Assembly: GCF_018350175.1 (NCBI RefSeq) | Contig: NC_058368.1 | Location: 219,358,001-219,422,000, forward strand | Length of the DNA stretch: 64,000 bases | Direction: 5' to 3' | From: Felis catus | Taxonomy: Eukaryota | Shown here: one piece after another, positions 1-13,370 of the stretch | Numbering within the stretch: position 1 is the stretch's first letter | Layout of the letters: every line of letters starts with the position of its first letter | Program-made: the position numbers and the translations under genes | The notes under the pieces: generated by a model | The model's input: only the letters and a program-made list of their open reading frames with translations | Database searches by the model: none | Told to the model about the DNA's origin: nothing

Positions 1-1699
1 ATACTTCAAGAGGAGACTTCACTTTAAGTTAATGAGTTACAGTAATCTATAGAGTCTGAAAAAATACATGAATTAATTTTAAGTCACAATAGAGTACCAT
101 TGATTAATAGATACATGAATAGCATTTTTATCTGAAATTGTTTAATTATAGTCAGTGCTATAAATGTCCATATTTTATGTCAAAGCAAAAGTAATATACA
201 TAATTAGCTTTTATTGTTGTCTTTTTCACTACTCATATCTTGGCATATATTTTACTTCTATTTTTATGAACATCTCTTCTGTTTTGATTAAATTAGAAGC
301 CCATTGAAGTCACAGTACATTAATTTTCTATTCCCATCACCTACTGCATGACATTAAATTGCGTAGAAGCATCAAAATTATTGTGAAAATATTTAGCATA
401 TTAAACAAAGTTTTTGTAAATATGCTTCTTTTATTGAGTGGAGAAGCATTTCTCTATAAAAAATACAGTCAAACATTGTAACAAAAAGTTATATTTCTTT
501 CTTGGTTAGTTCTGCAACCATTTACTTACGGTTTCAGAAGAATATGAAAGAAGTGAGGAGATTTGGGGAAATTTAATTACTTGTATTTGGTATCTAACAC
601 TTCTGTTGTTATATGCCTTGAAGAAATTATTGCTTTATTAAAATAAATATTAATCTTATTATATAGAATTGGAATAAAAATGTATTTCATGTATGCAGAT
701 ATAGAAGGCAAGACCAAACTTATTGCAATGATAGATTCTTTCTGTGAAGTCAGAGTTTGGATAACATTGAGGAGGAGGGTGACCATGGCTTAAGGTCACT
801 AGAGATCCAATAATACTACCAGAGGGTATTCATATGTATGTATCTCAGTAAGGAGATCCCAAGGCCTTATGAGTTTGATTTAGTAATGATTGAATAAAGA
901 GTAACTTGAACGGTTTGAAAAGCAACTTGCAGAAATTTGTTTTTAAAGGGAGAATGAGCTATACCAGAGTAAATGTAGGCAGAATCAGAAGATGAATCTG
1001 GAAAGACGTTTGCCATATGGAGATACAAACCATGACATTTCCTAAAAATGGGATTTATATAACAATCTAGATCTAGATCTGGACTTGGTTGAATCATGCA
1101 AATTTCAATCTTCTTTAGAATACAAGTGAATAGAATCTAATATTTGCAGTTAGCTAAGAAAAAACTACTTAAGACGTCTTGAAAAGAAAAAGAACATTGT
1201 CCTCCTTATAACAGAAGTTGCTCAGTCATTGTATATCAGATTATAAGATAATCTATAAAAACATTTATTAGTCATTTAAAAATATTCCAATTATGTTTTA
1301 GGCAACTATTACTTTAACAGGAAATTTGTTAAGTGTCCCCTGATTAAGTTCCACCTTTTCTTGGTTAAAATGCCTGTTGAGCTACAAAATTAGATTACAA
1401 CTCACACAAATATGCAAAATGAATTATGTCAGGGAGTTAAATATGTATTAATGTTAAGGCTGACAAAAAAGGATTAAGAAAAAAATACTCTGCTTGTGTC
1501 GTAAAGATTGCCAAGCAATATACCAAAATATAGACCATGTGATAAAAGAGAAGCTCCCTGATGACTCAGGTTATCTCTCTATGAACACAGAGTATTGTTG
1601 CTGTTTCTAGGATATAGTCATCTCTTTCAAGTAGGTAGTTAATTCATTGGCAAATATATCCCTATGAGTTAAATGCTGCAGAGGGCCATAAATGTAATA

Positions 1700-3650
1700 G
1701 CAGTCCCAGAAATAAACCAATGTCAAACGATCTCCAACAGATATACCAAAACCACTTAATTCAGAAAAAAAAAAAAAAAAAAACCAGTGTCTTCAACAAT
1801 TGCTGTTAGGAAAACTGGATATCCACATGCAAAAGAATGAAGTTGAGCTCTTATCTTACATTAGAGACAAAAATGAACTCAAAATAGATTAAAGATCTAA
1901 ACATAAGACCTAAAAGTATAAAACTCCTAGAAGAAAACATGGACAATGTTTTATGATATTGGACTTGACAATATTTTCTTAAATATGACCCCAACCACTA
2001 AAAGTTAACAAAAGTAAAAATGGGTCAATAGGATTACATTAAATTTAAAAAAATTTTGTGGCTCAAAGGACAAAATTAACAGAGTGAGAAGGCAACCCAA
2101 TCAATGGGAGAAAATATTTACAAATTATATATCTAATAAAGAGTTAATATACAGAATATATAAAGAACCACTACAACTCAACAACAACAAAATGAAATAC
2201 CGCATTAAAAATGAGCTAAGGACTTGAATAGATGTTTCTCCAAAAATGATATTTGAATGCCCAATAAGCAAAGAAAAGATACACAACATCACTGATAATC
2301 AGGAAACTGCAAATAAAAACCACAATGAGCTATCGCCTCACACCCATTAGGATGGTTACTATAAAAAAAAGGGGGGATAGCAAGTGTTGGTGGTAAGGAT
2401 GTGGAAACACTGGAATCCCTGTACCTTGTTGGTAGAATTGTAAAATGGTGCACTGCGTAGAAAAAATATGCAGTGTCTTCAAAACATTAAAAATAGAACC
2501 ACCATATGATCCTACTTCTGAGTGTATATCTAAAATAATTGAAATCAGAATTTCTAAAAGATATCTATACTTCCATGTGCATACCAGCACTATTCACAAT
2601 AGCCAAAAAGTAGAAGCACCCCAAATGTCCATTGGTGGATAAATGGGTAAAATGTGATGGATATATATTTATTTATAATAAAATACTATTCAACCTGAAG
2701 AAAGAAGGAAACCCTGTCATTTGCAACAATGTGAATGACCTTGGAGAGCATTAAAATAAATGAAATAAGCCAGATGAAGAAAGACAAATACTGAATGGTA
2801 TTGCTTATTTGTGGATCAAAAAAAAAAAAGTCAGAATTAGTAAAAACTGAGAGTAGAATGGTGGTTGCCAGAGGTAGGGGTGGAGAAAATAAGAAGAGGT
2901 TGGTAGAAAGAGTACAAACTTTTAGTTATAAGATAAATAAGGTATGAGAAATGAATGTAGAATACAGTTGCTATAGTTAATAACACTGTATTGTGTAACT
3001 GAAATTCGCTAAGAGAGCAGAACCTTAATATTCTCATAAAAAAACGTATGTGAGGTGATGGGTGTGTTTAATCAGTGCCGGGGGGGGGGGAATTCTTTCA
3101 CAATGTTTATATATGTCAAATCATCACATTGCATACTTTAAATATCTTGCACTTTTTACCAATTGTATTTCGATAAAGCTGGAGGAAAAAAGGAAGAAAT
3201 CCTGTGACGTGCTACAAAATTGATGAACCTGGAGGGCATGATGCTTAAGTGAAGTAAACCAGTAAAAAGAAAACAAATACTGTATAATTCCATTTCTATG
3301 GAATAAATAAAGGAATTGGATTCATAGAATCAGAAGGCAGGATGATAGTTACAAAGGGCCGGGGGGAGGGGTAAAAGAGGAATTGTTCAATAAGTTTGAG
3401 TTTCATTGGGCATTTCGGTGACTAAATTGGTTAGGTGTCTGACTTGATTTCTGCTCCTATCATGATCCCAGGGTCATAGGATCGAGTTCTGAGTCAGGCT
3501 CCACATTGAGCATGGAGCCTGATTGGGACTCTCTCTCTCCCACTCTCTCTGCCCCTCTCCTGCTCACGCCCTCTTTCTTCCAAATAAATAAATAAATAAA
3601 CTTTAAAAAATAGTGTAGATGGTAGATTTTATGTTATGTGTTTTTTTTTA
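1700..3650 (+). mobile_element. Old LINE-1 3' portion (ORF2 C-terminus plus 3' UTR), apparently two stacked L1 3' ends, interrupted by a SINE
   Basis: L1 ORF2-like sequence (ggaaaactggatatccacatgcaaaagaatgaag, ctcacacccattaggatgg). The ORF2-end segment occurs twice (about 2700-2815 and 3190-3300). Boundaries approximate. Confidence 0.85.
3408..3610 (+). mobile_element. Carnivore SINE (SINEC), diverged
   Basis: tRNA-like head, (CT)n tract, (AAAT)n tail; no clear TSD. Confidence 0.85.
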
Positions 3651-3711
3651 CCAAAATCAGAAAAGTTTTTGAAGAGGCAGAAGACCCTGAGAAGCCAATA
3701 GATTACCGTGT

Positions 3712-3871
3712 GTATATGTTATATATGTGTGTTATATATATATATATAATATATATATAATATATTATATATATTATATATAAATAATATAATATATAAT
3801 ATATAATATATATAAAACATATATATAACTTTATATATATATGTAACATATATATATAAAACATATATATA
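3712..3871. repeat. Degenerate (TA)n low-complexity tract
   Basis: Direct reading. Confidence 0.95.
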
Positions 3872-4599
3872 ACTAGAGCAGAAGATAAAGAAGTTATGTT
3901 GATGGGCTACAGGAGAGTTTTGGAAGGGCATATTATAAAACTTATTTCCTAGTAGAGTTTTCAGGGCAAGAATCAGGGGAAAGGAGGGTTGTTCTGATAT
4001 CTTTTCTGTTTTCCTTGCAGGTTAGTCTGTGGTAACATTCTATCTCAATTCTCTCACACGCAAAAGGTGCAAAAGGGTAATTTATTCCTATTCTTTTATG
4101 GAAATGTGAAAAAAATGGGCCAGTATGATTTTAACATAAAGAAGGATTATGAAAGGAGATTCACAGGCATTGCAAAGACTCTCTTTCATTACAGAATACA
4201 GGCTTGTATTTTGATAAGAGCCCAGAGGTCTTTTGTATCTTGCTTAAAACAAATAGACATTGATTTCATCTGTTTTCTCATTCTGCTTTCTGTGAGAAAA
4301 GAAAAAAAAATGATAATTTCTAGCGATGTCAAGGAATCGTAGGTCTGGTTCGTATTTTCTTTTTCTTGAAGGTCTTTATGAACTACAAGGGATCACACAA
4401 AATGAAAGGGTAATTAGTGAAAAAAGTGTATTATGAAGAAGAATTGGTGAGGAGCAAGGCCTGTTAAGAGAAGTCTAAACGCTCAAGACTTTTTACAATA
4501 GGTTTTTTGAGGTACCATCTACATCCCAGAACCGAAGTCAATTTACAGAGTTTTACAGCAACCAGATCTGAGTCCAAGTTTAGAAAAATTTCCTTAGTT

Positions 4600-4697
4600 A
4601 AAACAAACAAACAAAAAGAAAAACAAAACAAAACCCACAAGAAAACAAAGCAAACCAAACAAAAAACCAACAAACACAAACAAACACAAAAACAAAC
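4600..4697. repeat. A-rich (AAAC)n-like low-complexity tract
   Basis: Direct reading; explains ORFs 4464-4748 and 4507-4767. Confidence 0.9.
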
Positions 4698-4999
4698 CCC
4701 TGCGTTCATTTGTAGTAATTCTCTATTTCCACAATCAACCCCAAGCAACCATTCATTTATTCTCTAATTCTATAGGTTGCCTTTTTGGGGGGGGGGGGAA
4801 TCAATTCCAAAAATGAATACAGCTATTTATTTAAAATATTTTAAACAAATGTTAACTGAACCTCATCTCCCTGACTCTGTAGCCCAGCATATTCCAAACA
4901 TCTGAGCTTTCATAAAGAAACAGACCTGCCTAAGACGAAACAAACAAAACTAAACAAAAACAGTTTACAAACATGCTAACTGTTGCAAGAGACTAGCTT

Positions 5000-5560
5000 C
5001 ATTTGTTGCCGCTCAGAATAATCCCAGTTGCAGCATTCTGCTAGAGTTGAAATTTATTTCTGCAGCGCTCCTTTGCTGTTTATCAGACGTGATTCCAGTG
5101 ACACAAAAACCTTTTCTAGGGACCTCTTTTCCCTACAGTCGTTGATTATTCACTCACCTCCAGTTGTGCTTTATTCTTATCCCTTAATGCTGATCTTACC
5201 TACAATCTCGCAGCTTTGCTATTTGAGAAATTCTGAGCCGAATCAGCGTAAGGCACGAGGTCTCTTTCTGTGCTGGAAACGTCTCCTAAATGTCAAGTGT
5301 TCACCTTCATGAGTGGGGGGCCATTTATTGCCCAGGGTAGTAAATGCACATGCTGGTTGTAATTCTGACACCTCGTTGTAGCCACCCTGGTGTTTCTGGT
5401 AGGCATTGTAATGAATTATGTATGAGAAATTCTTCATCCTCTCAATGTTTTACCTGGTCAGTGTCTGCATCTGCATTAATTCCTTCCGAACCTGCTGGGA
5501 ACTAGTGGGCGGCTCTCACGCTAGGTTCTAGATCTGTCTTGTGACTTGTCATCCTTCGTT
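5000..5560 (-). promoter_or_regulatory. Candidate promoter / first exon of a minus-strand transcript
   Basis: Non-repeat-looking sequence with about 14 CpGs, a GC box GGGCGG at 5507-5512, and minus-strand donors TAG|GTAAGA (5199) and GAG|GTGAGT (5157). Inference only. Confidence 0.3.
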
Positions 5561-5940
5561 GCCCTTAAGTTAAATTTGTATGTTTTAATTTTCATCTGAG
5601 ATAAGACCAGGAAGTTTAGGTATACCTTCTTAAAATGAGAATGGGCAAATATTCTGCATCTTAGCTTAAATGGGCCCCACGCTTACTCAATTTCAGTAAC
5701 TCAGTTGGTAGAGGAAAAATTGGAGTCATACAGAAACCACCTGCAAGAGACCTGGTGAGTCATGATATTATGACATTTTGCACAGATGAGAAAGAGTATC
5801 CTAAAAAAATGTCAACATCTTTCCATTTTGTCAGAAGGCAGAGAAATAAACAAGCTGTTATGTGAGAGAACTCAGTGTTACCTGGGAATGCAGTGACAGA
5901 GTGACAAGGTTGTAAAGGGATCTATGTAAACCCTTCTCTT

Positions 5941-5971
<31 letters not shown>

Positions 5972-6585
5972 TTTTTAGTTAAGTTGCAAATTGTCAGATC
6001 CTGAACTCTCACGAAAGAAAATACCACCTGGTAAATCAAAATCACTGTTGAGAACATCTGGTACTGTCGTGACTAGTTGTTCTGAGGCCATTGAGGGAGT
6101 TCAAACAAATTAAAATTTGAAATACATTTTTCCTTCATCCTAGATTTAAAAAAAGGTTTTGGCTAAAAGTATTGACAATAGTTGCTTTTTTTATAATCTT
6201 CATGCGTTTTACTATACCATTCTATAATAATTTTTCTTAATTGCTGTAATGTGTAATTCTTAAGAGAAAAATCACAGTAAGAGAAAGGCAAAATGATCCA
6301 AGGAAAAACAGTAGGCTGTAGAATCAGATACAGATTTAATTTCCAGCTCTGTGCTCACTATGCGTTTGAATTTTTACATAAAAACAAACAAAAACCTAAT
6401 AGTTATTACCTAAATATTTATTTATGACATTAGTAGTTTAACCATTGGTACTAACGTTTAAAGCAATTTTGTAATTTATGTGGTCTGATTTTATTTCCCC
6501 ACCTGAAACCTAAAAGCAACTTGAAGTAAAACTAGACACATTTGAACCTAAAGCTGTATGACTCCAAAATATATTTTCCTTTCTT

Positions 6586-6790
6586 GGTGCCTGGGTGGCT
6601 CAGTTGGTTGAGCAACTGACTTTGGCCTGGGTCATGATCTCACAGTTTGTGAGTTCGAGCCCCTGGCGGGCTCTGTGCTGACAGCCCAGAGCCTGGAATC
6701 TGCTTCAGATTCTGTGTTTCCCTCTCTCTCTGCCCCAGCCCCACTCACACTCTGTGTGTCTCTCTCTCTCAAAAAAAGTAAACATCAACA
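6586..6790 (+). mobile_element. SINEC (felid type)
   Basis: ggtgcctgggtggctcag head, (CT)n, A tail; imperfect TSD aaaatat..tttcctttc / aaaatattttgctttc. Confidence 0.95.
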
Positions 6791-6840
6791 AAATATTTTG
6801 CTTTCATTTTAGCATTTTTTTTTAGCTAAAAATTTTAGTG

Positions 6841-7043
6841 GGGGTGCCTGGGTAGCTCATTCGGATGAGTGTCTGACTTTGGCTCAGGTCATGATCTTGC
6901 GGTTCATGAGTTTGAACCCCGTGTCATTCTCTGTGCGAACAGCTCGGAGCCTGGAGCCTGCTTCAGATACTGTGTCTCCCTCTCTCTCTGTCCCTTTCCT
7001 GCTTGTGTGCTCTCTGTCTCTCAAAATAAATATTATTTTTTTT
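6841..7043 (+). mobile_element. SINEC (felid type)
   Basis: ggggtgcctgggtagctca head, (CT)n, tail; imperfect TSD aaattttagtg / aaattagtg. Confidence 0.95.
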
Positions 7044-7055
7044 AAATTAGTGTAG

Positions 7056-7276
7056 TGTTTTGTTTGTTTGTTTGTTGTTTTTGCTTTTGTTTTTTTCAGA
7101 GAGAGAAAGAATGTGAGCAGGGGAGAGGGGCAGAGGGAGAGAGAGAGAGAATCTCAAGGAGGCTTTACACTCAGCATAGAGCCCGTTGAGGGTCTCAATC
7201 CCTTGACCCTGGGATCATGACCTGGGTCGAAATCAACAGTCAGACACTCAACTGACTGAACCACCCAGGTGCCCCC
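7056..7276 (-). mobile_element. SINEC
   Basis: Ends ccacccaggtgccccc on the plus strand; TSD agtgtag at 7049-7055 and 7277-7283. Confidence 0.95.
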
Positions 7277-7283
7277 AGTGTAG

Positions 7284-7871
7284 AATTTGTAACAAAGTTC
7301 ACAAAATAAGTATATAGTTCAATGAATTTCACAAACTGATCACATTTGTGTAGCCAAAACTCAGCTCAAAATACAAAGTTGCCAGCCAAAATTACCTCCA
7401 AAAGCTCCCATACCTGTCATTGCTTTCCCCCAAAGTAAATGCTATCCTAACTTCAAAACCACAAACTAGTTTTCTTTGTGAAATTTATATGAAAAGGATC
7501 ATATAGTATAAAATTGTGTTTGCCTTCTCTAGTGCAACACTGTGAGATCTATTTCTTTTTTATGCATATAATTGTAGTATGTTCATTAGCATTACTGTAT
7601 AATATTCCATTGCATGAATTTAAAAACCCATTCCATGAATTTTACATATATACATACATATACATATATATACATATACATATACATATATATACATATA
7701 CATATACATATACATATATATTTTACATATATACAGTATATATATACATATATATGTATACATATATACATATGTATACATATATACATGTATACATATA
7801 TACAGTATATATATATACATATATACATATATATATACATATACATATACATATATATATACATATATACA

Positions 7872-7913
<42 letters not shown>

Positions 7914-8040
7914 TGAGTGTGTGTTCAGTTTTGATGATCATAAGTAAGGCTATGGACATTTTTGTGCATGAATTTTGGTGAATATTAACACATGTTTCTC
8001 TTGAATATATACCTAAGAATAAAAATGTGGATCAGAGTAC
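7284..8040 (-). mobile_element. Ancient L1 (L1ME-like) 3' end containing a TA/CA microsatellite
   Basis: Antisense L1 3' motifs (aatattccattgcatgaat, taaggctatggacatttttgtgcatg, atatatacctaagaat). Confidence 0.65.
7645..7913. repeat. Compound (TA)n/(TACATA)n microsatellite, about 270 bp
   Basis: Direct reading; source of the YI/HI-repeat ORFs. Confidence 0.97.
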
Positions 8041-10158
8041 AATTCTAATGCTTCTAAACTCACTTACTTAATATATTCAGAAAACAATTGCATTCTAAGA
8101 AAAAAATGTTATGTATAAAATATGTATGGGAAATGTCTTAGGTTTGTCATATTATGAAGATGTCAACATGATTTTAAAATACTAAACACACCATTTAAGA
8201 TCTAGGGAGCCAAATTTAAATAGCATTACATTATAGCTACTGGCTTGGAGTGGCAAACAAAACACAGTCCTTGCTTTTGCTAAGCTTAGAATCTGTCTTC
8301 AAATAATAGGTGTGTGCATAAGTACCAAGTCACATCTTTCTTCCTTTTTAATTAGCTGCAGAGTACTGTTCAGGGCTAGAACTATCACTAAGTTCATTGG
8401 AATTGGTGTGTACCAACTTGACTTAAAATGAAGAAGGCGTATTTGAGGATAGAGAACAAACACAATAAGTCTAGAAACTCAAAAACTCTATTTAATTCAA
8501 TAAGTATTTATTAAACAACTAACTCAGAACTCTGATTGATTACACCAAAAAAACATTAAAACATTATCACTTCTATCAAGAAATTCACAAATTATTCCAG
8601 AATTAAAGAGCTGCGCTTTGAATATAAGAGTGATTCATATTCATGTTGAATTCAAGTTTTTATTGTTTGTTTTGTGTTGTTTTTATGGTAGGTAGTCTGA
8701 CGTTTTTAAATTTGAATGACAAAGATACTGGCGTATAATTTAATGTATTTTAAAGCTACGAAAACAATAAAATCACTAAGTTTTTGAACTTTTCAGAGGC
8801 ACATCTTAATTTTAAATACACAGAACAATATTTCTTGGTCTTTTTCTAGAAAATAAAAAAAATGGCTATTGATAGAAAAGCTTTTACATTGTTTTAGTCA
8901 AACTCAAATAAAAGGATTTAAAAAATAAAACATGAACTAAAAAGAGTTTTACCAGAATATTGAGCTCTCCTTGATATTCATAGAAATCAACACAATGTCC
9001 ATTAGTGCAGAATAAAAGACATAAAACAGTTCAGTGTAAAAAAATGCCCTGCATTAATGGAACATTAAAGTTATGATTGAAAACCACAAAATTCAGGAAA
9101 TTCAGAATTAGAACTCCCAAGGTAACCTTAACTGTGACCTCTTGTGCATGTATACTATTTAGAAAAGTGGGATTCTTGCCTTCCTGATCACATATCACTA
9201 TGAAGAACACTTTTGAAGGGGGAAAAAAGTACTTCATTTCCTCCGAACCACTCTATATGTTTAAAGTTTTATACCCACTTAGAAAATCAAAGCATCCATC
9301 TTTTGCCACCAAACGAGCTAATTATGAAATAAGAAGGAATTTTTAAAATACACTATAGAAAGCCATGGTAGCTACAGCATAATATACCTCTACCTGAATC
9401 ATGAATTTGGGTTTTCTTTTAAATATAACCGTAAGTGTTTACCTATAAAAACATACTTATATTGCAGAGTGACAGTGGGGAACATTATTGAAATTAAACA
9501 GCATATAAGGAAGAAGGGAAATCATTGAGCTGAGAGGCAAAACTATCATGCTTCAAATTTTTAAAATCTATACTCTTGTGTAAAGATATTTGTTCTCTAC
9601 AAACATGGCTTCTTCATTAGCAAAATGAGAGGATTGACCTGAGTGATGACATCATAGCTTATTCTAACTTTAAAAATATATGATTCTGTGACTTCATATA
9701 AATTTATGTTCTAGATGAGGATACTAAATTTGACATCATATTAATCCTTAAATAAATTATATCAGGGCTTAGTGAGATATGCCAAGAAAGAAAGTGATGT
9801 TGATAAACTACTGGGCTTCCCTTAGGAACGACCAGCCTGCCTCATTGATATCGCCATTTCTTTTGGATCTTTTACTAAGGAAAAAAAAAAAGTAAACTTA
9901 TCTATCTAACCAAACATTAGTCTCTGTGACTGAGGTTAGGGTAGATGTCTGTTAGCAAATTGAAAAACATTCATCAGGTCTCCTAGGATATGTTCCTCAA
10001 TATAATGGATATGAGATCAAGGACTATGGAGAAAGGTAGTGGTGAAGGAAGGCTATATCAGTGTCACTGTGGTATATAGCTCTTCTAACCAAAGTCACTA
10101 AGGACCATTTTTTTTAAATAAGGAAATATATTTATTGAAAAGATAACTGAAAAAGCGT

Positions 10159-10159
<1 letters not shown>

Positions 10160-10194
<35 letters not shown>
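10160..10194. repeat. (CA)n microsatellite
   Basis: Direct reading. Confidence 0.95.
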
Positions 10195-10196
<2 letters not shown>

Positions 10197-10215
10197 ATAG
10201 ATAATTTATGTGAAC

Positions 10216-10625
10216 TGTGGCACAGTAGACACTATCAAAACTCCTTTGCTTTCCGAACAGCCAGCACTTGCACCTCTGTGTAAGAGGGCTGACCCCAGCC
10301 TGCCAAAACCCATTTTGCCTACATGCATAGGGATTTTACAGCCCCATGGTGGCTGTTAACCAATATCTTACTCGTGCATGGATATGAACACTAGTGCCCC
10401 CTTGTTTCTTATGTTGTACCTCCATTGCCTTCCTGGAGTTGCCCTGCAAGGCTGAGGCAAAGTTATCTACCCACCAAAAGATTTTACTTGAGTTCACACT
10501 TACAGTCCTAATATTTTGTTGGGTTGGTTTGGTGAATCTTGGAATAAAACAAACAAACAGTTTTTAATGATGTATATATTCCAGAATTGCCTTAAAAGAA
10601 TGTTGAGGAAGGCAATCTAAAGACT
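10216..10625. mobile_element. Possible ancient ERVL-class LTR relic
   Basis: tgtggca start, GC-richer body, ...ctaaagact end; resemblance from memory only. Confidence 0.3.
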
Positions 10626-12539
10626 GACTAAGAGAAGTGGGCATGTGTACAAGGACCTATTATATACACGTGGTGAAGCACTTGTCGGCCAATCAACAGA
10701 AGTGTGAGTAGCAGTCTACTGGCTGGGTTCAACCATGAGTCTTGTTAGCCCCCTGCACCTGCTCACCACCGATTCCACTTCTCCCCAGACCAGCCTGAAG
10801 GCACTTGAATGGATGCCGATCCATGCCTACTTCAAGGAGATTGCCCAGGACATGGGCCACATGTTCCTTCCTTGATTCACTTTATTATATGAGTTAGCCT
10901 GATGCCCAATCAAAGGCTTATTAACTAAACTATAAATTTCTAAAAGTGAGCAACAACACAAAAATTCATGACTTTTAGTTCTATTTAGATCAAAGGAAGC
11001 AATTGTGCTTTGTTTTTAATTGCATGTGTTTGAACCCTTTGTTGGGGTGAAATACAATTAATTCCAAATAATATAGAAAAATACAGAGCAACATAAGGGT
11101 TCTGTCTCAGGGCAATGCAAGTCTAATAACCATCTGTGAAGTTGGAACTTTGTGCCCAACAATTGCTTCACCCAAGAGCAGAATTCAATCTTCAGGAAAA
11201 TGAAAATATTTTTGAATTTTCTGTGGCAAATAAGGAATCACTGAGATCACTTGTGGAATCATGGAGGGAGAGAATTTTATGGCCCATTTACATGAGGAGA
11301 GATGTTACTCATTGATGAATATACCATAAAGAAAATAATATTACAATGTTACCTTAACATTATTTATAAAAAGCCAAGAAACCTCTCTGCTAAAGGTGGT
11401 CTAAATATAATTGCTGATGATGTTTTACTAGCTTTTTTTATATGAGGTTGGATAAATTGGAACAATAGCAACAAAGGAGCCTATGATATATCCTCTTATT
11501 GAAAAACAAAGTGAATTTTTGAGAAAACAAAATACCTTATAAATCAAAAACATGTCTCAACTATTTTCATGTTTGCATGTTATCTTCCAAATATTGTGAA
11601 TATGGATACATATATTTTATGGTTGAAATAGTAATGACCAAATCATTCTATATCTGCCTTTTAGTGGAACTTCATTTTTTTTTATATGTGACAAAAATTA
11701 GTATGACTATTTTAAGAAGAACAATATACTACCAAGTTAATGCACTATAATTTACTTAATTTATTTAATGTAAGAAAGACACATTAGCTACTGGAGAACA
11801 CACTTCAGGGAATAACCATGTGCATATTGCTTTTTTTCCCCTCATCTTGACAAATTTCCAGCATGAAATATTTATGACAATACACAAAGTGACATTGTAA
11901 CTAGTTGAAGGTGAGGAAAGGAGTGTTTAAAATTTAGACTGCAGTCTTAACGGAAGTGACTGTCAATGATAAATTATCTACTGAGGTACCAGGACAGAAA
12001 TCCTGTCTCCTAATGGGTATGCAGACATTTAAAAGTAAGCTCCCATAAACGTGTGTTATCTGTTCAGAACCCCAACCAGTGGTTGCTAGAAGAGTAATAG
12101 AGATGTTTTAGATTTAAACAGCCATTCAGTGTCACCAAATACCTTTAGGTACCTATCAAACCACTTTTATCATCTTAACCTTCAGATTAAAATATTAGGG
12201 AACAAATACGGTTACCTTCACATGGAAACAAAAATATGGAGGCTACACATTTTAGCAGGGCAAGCATTAATATGTTTTGAGAGGGTACCTTGCTTTGTAT
12301 AGGTCATAGGATTGGGGGATATTATTTCCTTATGCAAAACAAGCATTCTTACTCTGAAATACCACTGCAATCAAGGATAATACCATTTTAACGAATACCC
12401 TTCCAATAGCTTGAACGCCTTGTGGTGCTTTCCTTCTCTTTCCCAACACAGGTACATTTCTCTACGGAGGAGCCAATCCTCTTACTACCTTTCCTTACAA
12501 GCACTCTTCAGCCTTTGTGGTCTCATTGCTGGCCCTGCC

Positions 12540-13370
12540 GTTTGACTGAAACCTCTCTGACAATAGGCAGCAATAACATGTGATGAAATCTAATGAACAC
12601 TTTCCAGTCTCTTTTTATTTGACCTCCCTGCCACATCTGATATTTTTGATCACTTGCTTCAGGAAATTTTATTTTCCCTTGGCTCCATGTAAAAGGTCTC
12701 TCCTCATTGTCCTGTAACTTTGCTATCTTAGCTACTTTTTTTTTTTTGCAACCTTTCTGGGTTGAGGCTCCCCAAGGTAATATCCTACCCTATTGTGTTC
12801 TCATTTTACACTTTGCCTGCTAAAGCCTATTCATTTTTATTACTTAATAATTAACCTTCTATACACTGATTCAGTAATGTAAATTTCCTGTCCAAACCTA
12901 TGTAGAGAGTAATAGATATATTGTAAAGCCAATTTTCTGTCTATATGAATAGCTTAAGCTGTTTAAAATTGGACCTAATTGCCTCATCCCAAAATCAGCT
13001 ATTCTTATTTCAATATTTGTTCTGATAAGAGACACCATCACGTACATAGTTAATCAGCCAGAATAATGTCATCCTCATCCTCACCACCACCAACACCCTC
13101 CTCTCACTACCTGTACGGCCAACTATTTATTGTATACCATCTAAATATCTCTGTAATCTATTTTTTCCATTTCATGCTCTCTGCTATTCCTCCATAATGC
13201 CCTCTTTCCTAAGCTATTGAAATATATTCCTAACTCATATCCTGATAGAGTTTCTCTAATCTTATCTCTTTCCACGTATCTGCCTCAGGCTCAACAAAGA
13301 GAATCTTCTAAACCACACATTGGACCAAATTACATTCTGTTTGATCCACTGAACTTTAATTACCCTTGAT
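12540..13370 (+). mobile_element. LINE-2 (L2) fragment
   Basis: L2-like motif aaatctaatgaacactttccagtctctttttatttgacctc...gatcacttg...ttcccttggctcc. Confidence 0.7.

Noticed and set aside
7514..7981. Five overlapping ORFs up to 155 aa
   Set aside because: Translation of a TA/CA microsatellite.
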